This document shows, piece after piece, positions 8,340 to 16,191 of a DNA stretch of 32,000 bases. The stretch spans positions 180,001 to 212,000 of the forward strand of contig NC_008578.1 in the NCBI RefSeq assembly GCF_000015025.1, in the 5' to 3' direction. This stretch comes from Acidothermus cellulolyticus 11B. GTDB taxonomy: Bacteria > Actinomycetota > Actinomycetes > Acidothermales > Acidothermaceae. The notes under the pieces are model-generated. The model searched no databases. It saw nothing but the letters and a program-made list of their open reading frames with translations, and was not told where the DNA came from. Within the stretch, counting starts at the first letter, position 1; each line of letters begins with the position of its first letter. A program made the position numbers and the translations under genes.

Positions 8340-10310
8340 ATGCGACGTATTGGACGACGCCTGGCGGTTTGGCTAAGTGCCGGGACTGTTGCGATCACGG
8401 CGGCCATGACGGGATTCCTTGGGGCCGGTGGTGCACGCGCCGCCTCGACAGGCCCGATCCCACCCGGCGTGTTGACGCAAGTAACGAATTTCGGCACGAA
8501 TCCCACGGCCTTGAACATGTACGTCTATGTACCGCAAAATCTGGCTGCCCGGCCTGCTCTGCTGGTCGCCATTCATTACTGCACGGGCAGTGCGCAGGCA
8601 CTGTTCAGCGGCTACGCGCACGACTTTGTGACCGCAGCTGACCGGTACGGATACATCATTGTCTTCCCGGAGGCCACCCGTAGTGGTCAGTGCTTCGATG
8701 TCTATAGTCCGCAAGCACTTGCCCGCAACGGCGGCAGTGACCCGCAAGGCGTCATGTCCATGGTGTCGTGGGTCGAGAGTCAATATCCCATTGACCGCAG
8801 TCGCGTCTTCGCCATGGGCGTATCGTCCGGCGCCATGATGACGAACGTACTGCTCGCCGAATATCCCGATGTTTTCGCGGCCGGTGTCGCCTTCATGGGT
8901 GTCCCGTACGGATGCTTCGCGACGGGCAGCGCAAGTGTGACGTGGAACAGTCAATGTGCCAACGGCCAGGTGATTAAGACGGCCCAACAGTGGGGCGACC
9001 TTGCCCGGTCGGCTTATCCAGGTTACACCGGCGGGTACCCGCGCATTCAACTCTGGCACGGCACGGCGGATACCACGCTCAACTACGCAAATCTCGGCGA
9101 AGAGGTCAAGCAGTGGACCAACCTGCACGGACTCTCGACAACGCCGACTTCGAGCGACAGTCCGGTGTCCGGATGGACACGAAGCCGGTACGGCAGCACG
9201 ACGACGCAGCCACCGGTCGAAGCGATAAGTGTGGCGGGTGCGGGTCATGTCCTGCCGCAAACCGGAATGGACGCGTACGCCATCACATTCCTCGGTCTTG
9301 ACAGTGCGGGTGGGTCGGTGTCGCCGTCTCCGTCGCCGTCGCCGAGTCCGTCGCCGTCGCCGAGTCCGTCGCCGAGTCCGTCGCCGAGCCCATCCCCGTC
9401 GCCGAGCCCGTCTCCGTCGCCGTCTTCGTCGCCGGTGTCGGGTGGGGTGAAGGTGCAGTATAAGAACAATGATTCGGCGCCGGGTGATAATCAGATCAAA
9501 CCGGGTTTGCAGGTGGTGAATACCGGGTCGTCGTCGGTGGATTTGTCGACGGTGACGGTGCGGTACTGGTTCACCCGGGATGGTGGGTCGTCGACACTGG
9601 TGTACAACTGTGACTGGGCCGTGATGGGGTGTGGGAATATCCGCGCCTCGTTCGGTTCGGTGAACCCGGCGACGCCGACGGCGGACACCTACTTGCAGTT
9701 GTCGTTCACCGGCGGCACCTTGCCGGCTGGTGGGTCGACGGGTGAGATTCAAAGCCGGGTGAATAAGAGTGACTGGTCGAATTTCACCGAGACGAATGAC
9801 TACTCGTATGGGACGAACACCACCTTCCAGGATTGGTCGAAGGTGACGGTGTACGTCAATGGCCGGTTGGTGTGGGGGACTGAACCGTCCGGCACCAGCC
9901 CCAGCCCGACACCGTCCCCGAGCCCGACACCGTCCCCGTCCCCGAGCCCGAGCCCGTCGCCGTCTCCGAGTCCGTCGCCGAGTCCGTCGCCGAGTCCGAG
10001 CAGCTCGCCGTCGTCTGGGTGTGTGGCGAGTATGCGGGTGGACAGTAGTTGGCCGGGCGGGTTTACCGCCACGGTGACGGTGAGTAATACCGGTGGGGTG
10101 TCGACCAGTGGTTGGCAGGTCGGGTGGAGTTGGCCGTCGGGTGACAGTCTGGTCAACGCGTGGAATGCGGTGGTGTCGGTGACCGGGACGTCGGTGCGGG
10201 CGGTCAATGCCTCCTACAACGGGGTGATTCCCGCGGGTGGGTCGACGACGTTCGGGTTCCAGGCCAACGGCACACCCGGCACCCCGACCTTTACCTGCAC
10301 CACCTCCTGA
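8340..10310 (+). CDS. Secreted carbohydrate esterase (PHB-depolymerase/feruloyl-acetylxylan esterase fold, CE1-like) with C-terminal CBM3 and CBM2
   Basis: RBS AAAGGAGA 6 nt before the ATG. Signal peptide MRRIGRRLAVWLSAGTVAITAAMTGFLGAGGARA. The catalytic part has LLVAIHYCTGSA...IIVFPE and the nucleophile elbow GVSSG in RVFAMGVSSGAMMTNVL, then LWHGTADTTL. A Ser-Pro linker follows (~9319-9440), then CBM3 (VKVQYKNNDSAPGDNQIKPGLQVVNTGSSSVDLSTVTVRYWFTRDG...), a Pro/Ser/Thr linker, and CBM2 (GCVASMRVDSSWPGGFTATVTVSNTG...TFTCTTS). Confidence 0.9.
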   Translation: MRRIGRRLAVWLSAGTVAITAAMTGFLGAGGARAASTGPIPPGVLTQVTNFGTNPTALNMYVYVPQNLAARPALLVAIHYCTGSAQALFSGYAHDFVTAADRYGYIIVFPEATRSGQCFDVYSPQALARNGGSDPQGVMSMVSWVESQYPIDRSRVFAMGVSSGAMMTNVLLAEYPDVFAAGVAFMGVPYGCFATGSASVTWNSQCANGQVIKTAQQWGDLARSAYPGYTGGYPRIQLWHGTADTTLNYANLGEEVKQWTNLHGLSTTPTSSDSPVSGWTRSRYGSTTTQPPVEAISVAGAGHVLPQTGMDAYAITFLGLDSAGGSVSPSPSPSPSPSPSPSPSPSPSPSPSPSPSPSPSPSSSPVSGGVKVQYKNNDSAPGDNQIKPGLQVVNTGSSSVDLSTVTVRYWFTRDGGSSTLVYNCDWAVMGCGNIRASFGSVNPATPTADTYLQLSFTGGTLPAGGSTGEIQSRVNKSDWSNFTETNDYSYGTNTTFQDWSKVTVYVNGRLVWGTEPSGTSPSPTPSPSPTPSPSPSPSPSPSPSPSPSPSPSPSSSPSSGCVASMRVDSSWPGGFTATVTVSNTGGVSTSGWQVGWSWPSGDSLVNAWNAVVSVTGTSVRAVNASYNGVIPAGGSTTFGFQANGTPGTPTFTCTTS

Positions 10311-10490
10311 CCACCGGTCCAACCCAGGGGTGCCGCGGCCCCGGCTAGGGGCAGGGACGCAGCACACACCAGCCCACCACCCGGCCGCGGCCGCGACACG
10401 CCGTCCACGCCACGGGGGTATGGGGCGGTCACCCACCCGGTGACCGCCCCACACAACCCCACCACCACCCCACACCACACACACGAGCGT
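9314..10490. repeat. Long direct repeat, copy 1 (1177 bp): linker-CBM3-linker-CBM2 coding module plus 180 bp of 3' flank
   Basis: Aligns to 11947-13117 at offset 2633, shifting to 2627 after an extra GTCGCC (one Ser-Pro) near 9356-9361. The only substitution I found is G10400 vs C13027. Translations of several different frames on both strands are identical between copies (e.g. 9491..9688 = 12118..12315 and 9800..10207 = 12427..12834), which implies nucleotide identity. Confidence 0.97.
10422..10450 (+). terminator. Stem-loop terminator candidate after the esterase gene (12-bp perfect GC-rich stem, no U-tail)
   Basis: GGGGCGGTCACC (10422-10433), loop CACCC, GGTGACCGCCCC (10439-10450). It is followed by a G-free C/A tract rather than a T-run, so it is either an I-shaped actinobacterial terminator or a Rho-assisted one. 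Confidence 0.55.
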
Positions 10491-10731
10491 GGTGTCGACG
10501 AGGATGGTCGTCTGCCGGATGGCGTGCCACCGGCGCCATCTGGGTGACGGCCCAGCGGCAGTGGTGTCGGCCGAGGATGGTCGTCTGTTGCACTGGTGCT
10601 TGTCAGGTTGTGTGCCGGCTGCTTGTACCCGCCCGTTCGCCGAATATCGGTCGACAATTTTCGAATCCGATCGGGTGTGGACGCGTAACGCTGATGGCCG
10701 ATTACTCAGTGAATTCCGGCTGATTACCGTC

Positions 10732-10760
10732 TTGACACTGCAGAGACAGTCCTCTAACCT
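10732..10760 (+). promoter_or_regulatory. Candidate sigma-A type promoter of the xylanase gene (TTGACA-17 nt-TAACCT)
   Basis: TTGACA at 10732-10737, a 17-nt spacer, then TAACCT at 10755-10760. This parallels 8172-8200. Confidence 0.45.
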
Positions 10761-10778
10761 GCCGGCAGGCTCCTGGCA

Positions 10779-10808
10779 TTGTTGCCGAAACTTTCAGAGG
10801 CGGCTGGA
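10779..10808 (+). promoter_or_regulatory. 30-bp box TTGTTGCCGAAACTTTCAGAGGCGGCTGGA, copy 2
   Basis: Identical to 8217-8246 and in the same position relative to the putative promoter. Confidence 0.5.
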
Positions 10809-10900
10809 AGGCATGGCATCCAGGAGGACGGGGGAAGCCGCCACGATCTCCGGCGTCGGCGGTTGTCGTGTGTACCCGAGTTCCGATGGAGGAGATTTTC

Positions 10901-12937
10901 ATGCATCACGCGATGCGAAGAATGGTGACGTCGGCCAGTGTCGTCGGCGTCGCTACGCTTGCCGCCGCCACCGTTTTGATCACAGGCGGCATCGCCCACG
11001 CTGCGTCCACCTTGAAACAGGGGGCGGAGGCGAACGGCCGCTACTTCGGCGTATCGGCGAGCGTCAATACACTGAACAACTCAGCTGCCGCTAACCTGGT
11101 CGCCACGCAATTCGACATGCTAACGCCTGAGAACGAAATGAAGTGGGACACCGTCGAGTCGTCGAGAGGATCCTTCAATTTCGGTCCAGGCGATCAGATC
11201 GTCGCTTTCGCCACTGCACACAACATGCGGGTCCGTGGTCACAACCTGGTCTGGCACAGCCAGCTGCCCGGATGGGTGTCGAGCCTGCCGCTGAGCCAGG
11301 TTCAGTCGGCCATGGAGTCACACATCACGGCTGAAGTGACGCACTACAAGGGCAAAATATACGCCTGGGACGTAGTGAACGAACCGTTCGACGACAGCGG
11401 CAATCTCCGCACCGATGTTTTCTATCAAGCGATGGGAGCGGGCTACATCGCCGACGCCCTGCGGACCGCCCACGCCGCCGATCCAAACGCGAAGCTCTAC
11501 CTCAACGACTACAACATCGAGGGTATCAACGCCAAGAGCGACGCGATGTACAACTTGATTAAGCAACTGAAGAGCCAGGGCGTGCCCATCGACGGCGTCG
11601 GCTTCGAGAGCCACTTCATTGTCGGGCAGGTTCCGTCGACCCTGCAGCAAAACATGCAGCGCTTCGCGGACCTCGGCGTTGACGTCGCCATCACCGAGCT
11701 CGACGACCGGATGCCGACTCCACCTTCGCAGCAGAATCTCAACCAGCAGGCGACAGATGACGCCAATGTCGTCAAGGCCTGCCTTGCGGTTGCACGCTGT
11801 GTCGGCATCACTCAGTGGGACGTCAGCGACGCGGACTCGTGGGTGCCCGGCACCTTCTCGGGTCAGGGTGCAGCGACAATGTTCGACAGCAATCTTCAGC
11901 CAAAGCCAGCCTTCACCGCCGTCTTGAACGCGCTCAGTGCAAGTGCGTCGGTGTCGCCGTCTCCGTCGCCGTCGCCGAGTCCGTCGCCGAGTCCGTCGCC
12001 GAGTCCGTCGCCGAGCCCATCCCCGTCGCCGAGCCCGTCTCCGTCGCCGTCTTCGTCGCCGGTGTCGGGTGGGGTGAAGGTGCAGTATAAGAACAATGAT
12101 TCGGCGCCGGGTGATAATCAGATCAAACCGGGTTTGCAGGTGGTGAATACCGGGTCGTCGTCGGTGGATTTGTCGACGGTGACGGTGCGGTACTGGTTCA
12201 CCCGGGATGGTGGGTCGTCGACACTGGTGTACAACTGTGACTGGGCCGTGATGGGGTGTGGGAATATCCGCGCCTCGTTCGGTTCGGTGAACCCGGCGAC
12301 GCCGACGGCGGACACCTACTTGCAGTTGTCGTTCACCGGCGGCACCTTGCCGGCTGGTGGGTCGACGGGTGAGATTCAAAGCCGGGTGAATAAGAGTGAC
12401 TGGTCGAATTTCACCGAGACGAATGACTACTCGTATGGGACGAACACCACCTTCCAGGATTGGTCGAAGGTGACGGTGTACGTCAATGGCCGGTTGGTGT
12501 GGGGGACTGAACCGTCCGGCACCAGCCCCAGCCCGACACCGTCCCCGAGCCCGACACCGTCCCCGTCCCCGAGCCCGAGCCCGTCGCCGTCTCCGAGTCC
12601 GTCGCCGAGTCCGTCGCCGAGTCCGAGCAGCTCGCCGTCGTCTGGGTGTGTGGCGAGTATGCGGGTGGACAGTAGTTGGCCGGGCGGGTTTACCGCCACG
12701 GTGACGGTGAGTAATACCGGTGGGGTGTCGACCAGTGGTTGGCAGGTCGGGTGGAGTTGGCCGTCGGGTGACAGTCTGGTCAACGCGTGGAATGCGGTGG
12801 TGTCGGTGACCGGGACGTCGGTGCGGGCGGTCAATGCCTCCTACAACGGGGTGATTCCCGCGGGTGGGTCGACGACGTTCGGGTTCCAGGCCAACGGCAC
12901 ACCCGGCACCCCGACCTTTACCTGCACCACCTCCTGA
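10901..12937 (+). CDS. Secreted endo-1,4-beta-xylanase, GH10 catalytic domain + CBM3 + CBM2
   Basis: The ORF is open from 10868. I prefer ATG 10901 (GGAGGA 7 nt upstream; MHHAMRRMVTSASVVGVATLAAATVLITGGIAHA is a signal peptide). GH10 motifs: TPENEMKWD, RGHNLVWHSQLPGWV, the acid/base Glu in WDVVNEPF, and the nucleophile Glu in AITELDD. The C-terminal 330 aa are identical to the esterase tail. This architecture matches what I recall for Acidothermus cellulolyticus Xyn10A. Confidence 0.95.
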   Translation: MHHAMRRMVTSASVVGVATLAAATVLITGGIAHAASTLKQGAEANGRYFGVSASVNTLNNSAAANLVATQFDMLTPENEMKWDTVESSRGSFNFGPGDQIVAFATAHNMRVRGHNLVWHSQLPGWVSSLPLSQVQSAMESHITAEVTHYKGKIYAWDVVNEPFDDSGNLRTDVFYQAMGAGYIADALRTAHAADPNAKLYLNDYNIEGINAKSDAMYNLIKQLKSQGVPIDGVGFESHFIVGQVPSTLQQNMQRFADLGVDVAITELDDRMPTPPSQQNLNQQATDDANVVKACLAVARCVGITQWDVSDADSWVPGTFSGQGAATMFDSNLQPKPAFTAVLNALSASASVSPSPSPSPSPSPSPSPSPSPSPSPSPSPSPSPSSSPVSGGVKVQYKNNDSAPGDNQIKPGLQVVNTGSSSVDLSTVTVRYWFTRDGGSSTLVYNCDWAVMGCGNIRASFGSVNPATPTADTYLQLSFTGGTLPAGGSTGEIQSRVNKSDWSNFTETNDYSYGTNTTFQDWSKVTVYVNGRLVWGTEPSGTSPSPTPSPSPTPSPSPSPSPSPSPSPSPSPSPSPSSSPSSGCVASMRVDSSWPGGFTATVTVSNTGGVSTSGWQVGWSWPSGDSLVNAWNAVVSVTGTSVRAVNASYNGVIPAGGSTTFGFQANGTPGTPTFTCTTS

Positions 12938-13117
12938 CCACCGGTCCAACCCAGGGGTGCCGCGGCCCCGGCTAGGGGCAGGGACGCAGCACACACCAGC
13001 CCACCACCCGGCCGCGGCCGCGACACCCCGTCCACGCCACGGGGGTATGGGGCGGTCACCCACCCGGTGACCGCCCCACACAACCCCACCACCACCCCAC
13101 ACCACACACACGAGCGT
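11947..13117. repeat. Long direct repeat, copy 2 (1171 bp)
   Basis: See copy 1. It ends 16 nt before the ispE start codon. Confidence 0.97.
13049..13077 (+). terminator. Stem-loop terminator candidate after the xylanase gene (identical to 10422-10450)
   Basis: GGGGCGGTCACC-CACCC-GGTGACCGCCCC. The ORF-track start 13067 for ispE falls inside this stem, which argues against that start. Confidence 0.55.
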
Positions 13118-13132
13118 CTACCATCGAGACTC

Positions 13133-14065
13133 GTGTCGGTGACCGTCCAAGCCTCGGCGAAAATCAACCTGTATTTGCGGGTCGGCCCGTTGCGGTCCGA
13201 CGGTTACCACGATCTTGCGACCGTATTTCACGCCGTATCGCTCCACGATGAGATTACCGTCGAGGAGAGCGAGCATCTCTCTCTTGAAATCTGCGGAGAG
13301 CAGGCGGAGAAAGTCCCGCTTGACGGCGACAATCTCGCCGTCCGTGCGGCAATGCTGCTTGCCAGGCGGCTCGGGCGGGAACCCGGAGTCCGGATTGTCC
13401 TCCGTAAGGGAATTCCGGTTGCGGGTGGAATGGCCGGCGGCTCTGCTGATGCTGCAGCGACGCTCATCGCATGCGCGGCGCTGTGGCATGCGGAACTTCC
13501 GCATGACGAGCTGATGACGTTGGCCGCGCAACTCGGGAGCGACGTACCGTTCTGCGTTGTCGGCGGTACCGCGTTGGGCCACGGGCGGGGTGAACGTCTG
13601 GCACCGGTGCTCGCGGCCGGACCGTGGTACTGGGTTCTTGCGTTGGCCGATGGCGGATTGTCAACGCCACAGGTGTACGCCGAATTCGACCGCCGCCGCG
13701 CATCCGGGGACGGTGAGCTACGCGAGCCCGGGGACGGCGAGCCGCTCGACGTACCGGCTGCCCTCCTCTCCGCCCTCCGGGACGGCGATCCCAAACGGCT
13801 CGGCTCGCTGCTGCACAACGATTTGCAGGACGCCGCTGTCGCCCTGCGGCCCGCGCTTGGCCGAGTGCTCGAAGCGGGGCTGGACGGCGGAGCCCTCGGA
13901 GGCATCGTCTGCGGTTCCGGCCCCACCTGCGCTTTTCTGGTGTCCGACCAGGACGCAGCTGTGGACCTCGCGGCACGATTGGCCGGCTCGGGATGGGTGC
14001 GCGCCGTGCGCTGCGCAACCGGACCGGCCGCGGGCGCGCGCATTCTCGCCAGGACCGCGGGATAA
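13133..14065 (+). CDS. ispE: 4-diphosphocytidyl-2-C-methyl-D-erythritol kinase (MEP pathway)
   Basis: GHMP-kinase motifs: AKINLYLRVGPLRSDGYHDLATVF, and the phosphate-binding loop IPVAGGMAGGSADAAA. The in-frame GTG at 13133 (VSVTVQASAKINL) gives a canonical N-terminus. The upstream part of ORF 13067.. lies in the repeat/terminator and encodes only a Pro/His/Thr-rich read-through. Confidence 0.9.
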   Translation: MSVTVQASAKINLYLRVGPLRSDGYHDLATVFHAVSLHDEITVEESEHLSLEICGEQAEKVPLDGDNLAVRAAMLLARRLGREPGVRIVLRKGIPVAGGMAGGSADAAATLIACAALWHAELPHDELMTLAAQLGSDVPFCVVGGTALGHGRGERLAPVLAAGPWYWVLALADGGLSTPQVYAEFDRRRASGDGELREPGDGEPLDVPAALLSALRDGDPKRLGSLLHNDLQDAAVALRPALGRVLEAGLDGGALGGIVCGSGPTCAFLVSDQDAAVDLAARLAGSGWVRAVRCATGPAAGARILARTAG

Positions 14066-14120
14066 GCGATCAGTCACGGTGCAGGCGCTGCGCGTCCAAC
14101 GTGCCTGGCCCCGCGCGGAT

Positions 14121-15059
14121 CTATGACGGAACCCCCTTGCGCAGCAACTCCCGTACGTCACCAACCGGGCCTAAGTGCTGGAGCTTGTCAGGATTGACGA
14201 TCGAGTACACCGCGCCTACACCGTTTTCTCCGATGTCGAGAATGGCGACGCTCAGCAACTGACCGGAGCGATTGAAGAACAACGCGCCGGGTTGCCTATT
14301 GATTTCCGTAACGCGATACCGGACACCCAATCGGCGAGCTGTTCGGCCAAGGGATGCGAGAAAAGCGGCGACCCGATCCCGCCCGCAAATGGGTATCCGA
14401 GCGGCGGGTGCCTGTCCACCACCGTCGCCGTACGCAGCGGCGTCCATCACGAGGAGGTCGACCAGCGCCGCGACATCGCCGTCACCAACAGCGGCGAAGA
14501 ATCGACGAGCCAACCGTTCCTGCTCATTCTGGGATATCTTGGTTCGTCTTCGGCCCGACGCCTGGACATGCCGGCGCGCTCGGACCGCAAGTTGGCGACA
14601 ATACGTCGCGCTCTTCCCTATCATGCGGGAGATTTCTGGATACGAGTAGTCAAAGATATCGTGGAGCAGGAAAACAGCACGCTCCAGTGGACTCAATCGC
14701 TCGAGGACGACAAGGAATGCAATGGAGAGCGAGTCAAGTTGTTCGACGTAACGCGCACCGTCCACGACGGAGTGTTCGGTGACGAGTGGTTCCGGCAACC
14801 ACGTCCCAACGTACTGTTCCCGCCGCGCCCGGGCCGAGCGCAAATAGTCGATCGACAGGCGGGTGACCACAGCCGTCAGATACGCGGGCACGGATTCAAT
14901 GTCGCGCACACGATCGGCGTCGAGGGCGTAAAAGCGCACGAACGCCTCTTGTACGATGTCCTCCGCCTCGGCGACACTGCCGAGCATCCGGTAGGCGACG
15001 GAGAACAGCATCCGCTGCAACGTTGGATATGCGCCGTCCGCCATCGACCGGTTCACCAT
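14121..15059 (-). CDS. ECF sigma factor, group ECF41 (SigJ-like) with C-terminal SnoaL-like extension
   Basis: The ORF is open to 15341, but ATG 15059 is preceded by GAGAGGA. Region 2: LQRMLFSVAYRMLGSVAEAEDIVQEAFVRF...PAYLTAVVTRLSIDYLR. Region 4: LSPLERAVFLLHDIFDYSYPEISRMIGKSATYCRQLAVRARRHV. A ~100-aa tail follows (FFAAVGDGDVAALVDLL...VTEINRQPGALFF...VYSIVNPDKL), typical of ECF41/SigJ proteins. No anti-sigma gene is adjacent. Confidence 0.85.
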   Translation of the reverse strand: MVNRSMADGAYPTLQRMLFSVAYRMLGSVAEAEDIVQEAFVRFYALDADRVRDIESVPAYLTAVVTRLSIDYLRSARARREQYVGTWLPEPLVTEHSVVDGARYVEQLDSLSIAFLVVLERLSPLERAVFLLHDIFDYSYPEISRMIGKSATYCRQLAVRARRHVQASGRRRTKISQNEQERLARRFFAAVGDGDVAALVDLLVMDAAAYGDGGGQAPAARIPICGRDRVAAFLASLGRTARRLGVRYRVTEINRQPGALFFNRSGQLLSVAILDIGENGVGAVYSIVNPDKLQHLGPVGDVRELLRKGVPS

Positions 15060-15237
15060 TCCATGTCCTCTCACTGTGCCTTTCCGGCCACTGATTGTGA
15101 GCCGCCGACCACTGGTCACGTCGTACGCCCGTGGACGGCACGCCGACTGCATGCCGGGTTGTAGCGCGGAGGCGGTCGCGTCGCGCGGGCGTGGACGGCG
15201 GGTCGAGTCCCGCGGAACGGCGGCCGCCGTGGGTGGG

Positions 15238-16191
15238 TCACGTCGCGTGCTCGTGGACGGCGGAGCTGAGTCCGTCGCGAAAACCGAGGCGCCAGGTTGA
15301 CCAACGCGGTCGCCAACCCAGCTCCGTTTTCGCCTTGGCATTCGACATTCCGGCTACCTGCGTCATCAGTGCCGTCACTGCTGCACCGGCAATGAGCCGT
15401 CCACACGCGGCCGGAATCCTCCGCGGCGGTGGTGCGCCGAGAACACGAGCAAGATAGGGCAACCACTCGGTAACCCGCGCGGGTTCGTCGTCCGCGATAT
15501 TGAACACACCCTCCGCGTTCGCGTGCATCGCGGCAACCGCAGCGTGTGCGGCGTCCTCAACATGAATCCACGACCATACCCCGCTGCCCTTCCCTATGAT
15601 CGGTAGTCGGCGTCGCCGGACCAATGCGACCAGCTCATCAGAGGCGCCGGGCCCATAGAAGGTTCCATACCGCAAGACAACCCCGGAGAGGGGACTCGAG
15701 GCGACCAGCTCCTCCTGGCGGCGCAGGGCATCGAGTGTCCGTCGCGCACGGCCGAAAAGAGGTTCGGAATCAAAGGGTGTCTCCTCCGTGCTAAGTTCTC
15801 CGGCACCAGGAGCGTAGGGCCATCCGCCGTAGCCTTGCGCGACGAAACGTCGGACGCCAACGGCACGAGCGGCGGCGAGAAGGTATTCGGTTCCGCGGGT
15901 GCGAAGCTGGTTCGTCACGGAGAACGCTCTGTCGAATCGACGCAGGTTTTGCGCGCCTGCCAGCCCGGTCATCTGGTGAATGATGACCTCAGGTTCGATC
16001 CGGGCAACCACGTCGCCGACGGCCTTAGGGTCCAGGCCGTCCATGACGACAGGTGTGGCGCCGAGACGGCGTAGCAGCGGCATTTTCTCCGCCATACGGG
16101 TCGTAGCGACGACCTCGTGACCGGCCGACGCGAGAAGTGCGACGAGTGGTCGGCCGACAGCGCCGCTGCCACCCGCTATGAGTACCCGCAT
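15238..16191 (-). CDS. NAD(P)-dependent epimerase/dehydratase-family (extended SDR) protein
   Basis: ATG 16191 is preceded by GAGGAGGG. The N-terminus MRVLIAGGSGAVGRPLVALLASAGHEVVATTR is a Rossmann GxxGxxG. The 154 codons upstream in ORF 15238..16653 are Arg/Gly-rich and span frame-incompatible repeats. This is the COE partner expected next to ECF41 sigma genes. Confidence 0.85.
   Translation of the reverse strand: MRVLIAGGSGAVGRPLVALLASAGHEVVATTRMAEKMPLLRRLGATPVVMDGLDPKAVGDVVARIEPEVIIHQMTGLAGAQNLRRFDRAFSVTNQLRTRGTEYLLAAARAVGVRRFVAQGYGGWPYAPGAGELSTEETPFDSEPLFGRARRTLDALRRQEELVASSPLSGVVLRYGTFYGPGASDELVALVRRRRLPIIGKGSGVWSWIHVEDAAHAAVAAMHANAEGVFNIADDEPARVTEWLPYLARVLGAPPPRRIPAACGRLIAGAAVTALMTQVAGMSNAKAKTELGWRPRWSTWRLGFRDGLSSAVHEHAT

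Noticed and set aside
9319-10017. Regularly spaced short repeats (GTCGCC / GAGTCC / GAGCCC hexamers) that could superficially look like a repeat array or CRISPR. The same occurs at 11952..12644
   Set aside because: They are in-frame Ser-Pro and Pro-Thr linker codons inside the CAZyme genes. The units are 6 bp with no spacers, and there are no cas genes.
10489-11094. 201-aa plus-strand ORF spanning the esterase-xylanase intergenic region and the xylanase 5' end. It includes a 24-bp imperfect direct repeat, GGTGTCG(A/GC)CGAGGATGGTCGTCTG, at 10491-10514 and 10563-10587
   Set aside because: The translation is Cys/Arg-rich. It runs through the putative promoter, the 30-bp box and, out of frame, the xylanase signal peptide, so it is not credible as a gene. 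The short repeat itself is real, but I cannot attach a function to it.
8373-13111. Very long minus-strand ORFs antisense to the esterase and xylanase genes (8373..10484, 703 aa; 11318..13111, 597 aa)
   Set aside because: Their translations are dominated by Arg/Pro/Gly runs (RRRRRTRRRT...), produced by reading Ser-Pro linker DNA and GC-rich coding DNA in the wrong frame. They have no recognisable domains. The plus-strand frames carry unambiguous esterase, GH10, CBM3 and CBM2 motifs.
8056-13132. The cassette as a transposon, integron or genomic island with mobility machinery
   Set aside because: There is no transposase, integrase or recombinase ORF, no flanking tRNA, and no terminal inverted repeats. 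I found no target-site duplication. The only long repeat is the internal CBM module. The origin of the insertion remains open (see findings).
13067-13132. ORF-track start of ispE at 13067 (N-terminus MTAPHNPTTTPHHTHERLPSRL)
   Set aside because: The GTG at 13067 lies inside the 12-bp terminator stem. The extension is encoded by the duplicated C/A tract (a Pro/Thr/His run). The canonical IspE N-terminus begins at GTG 13133.
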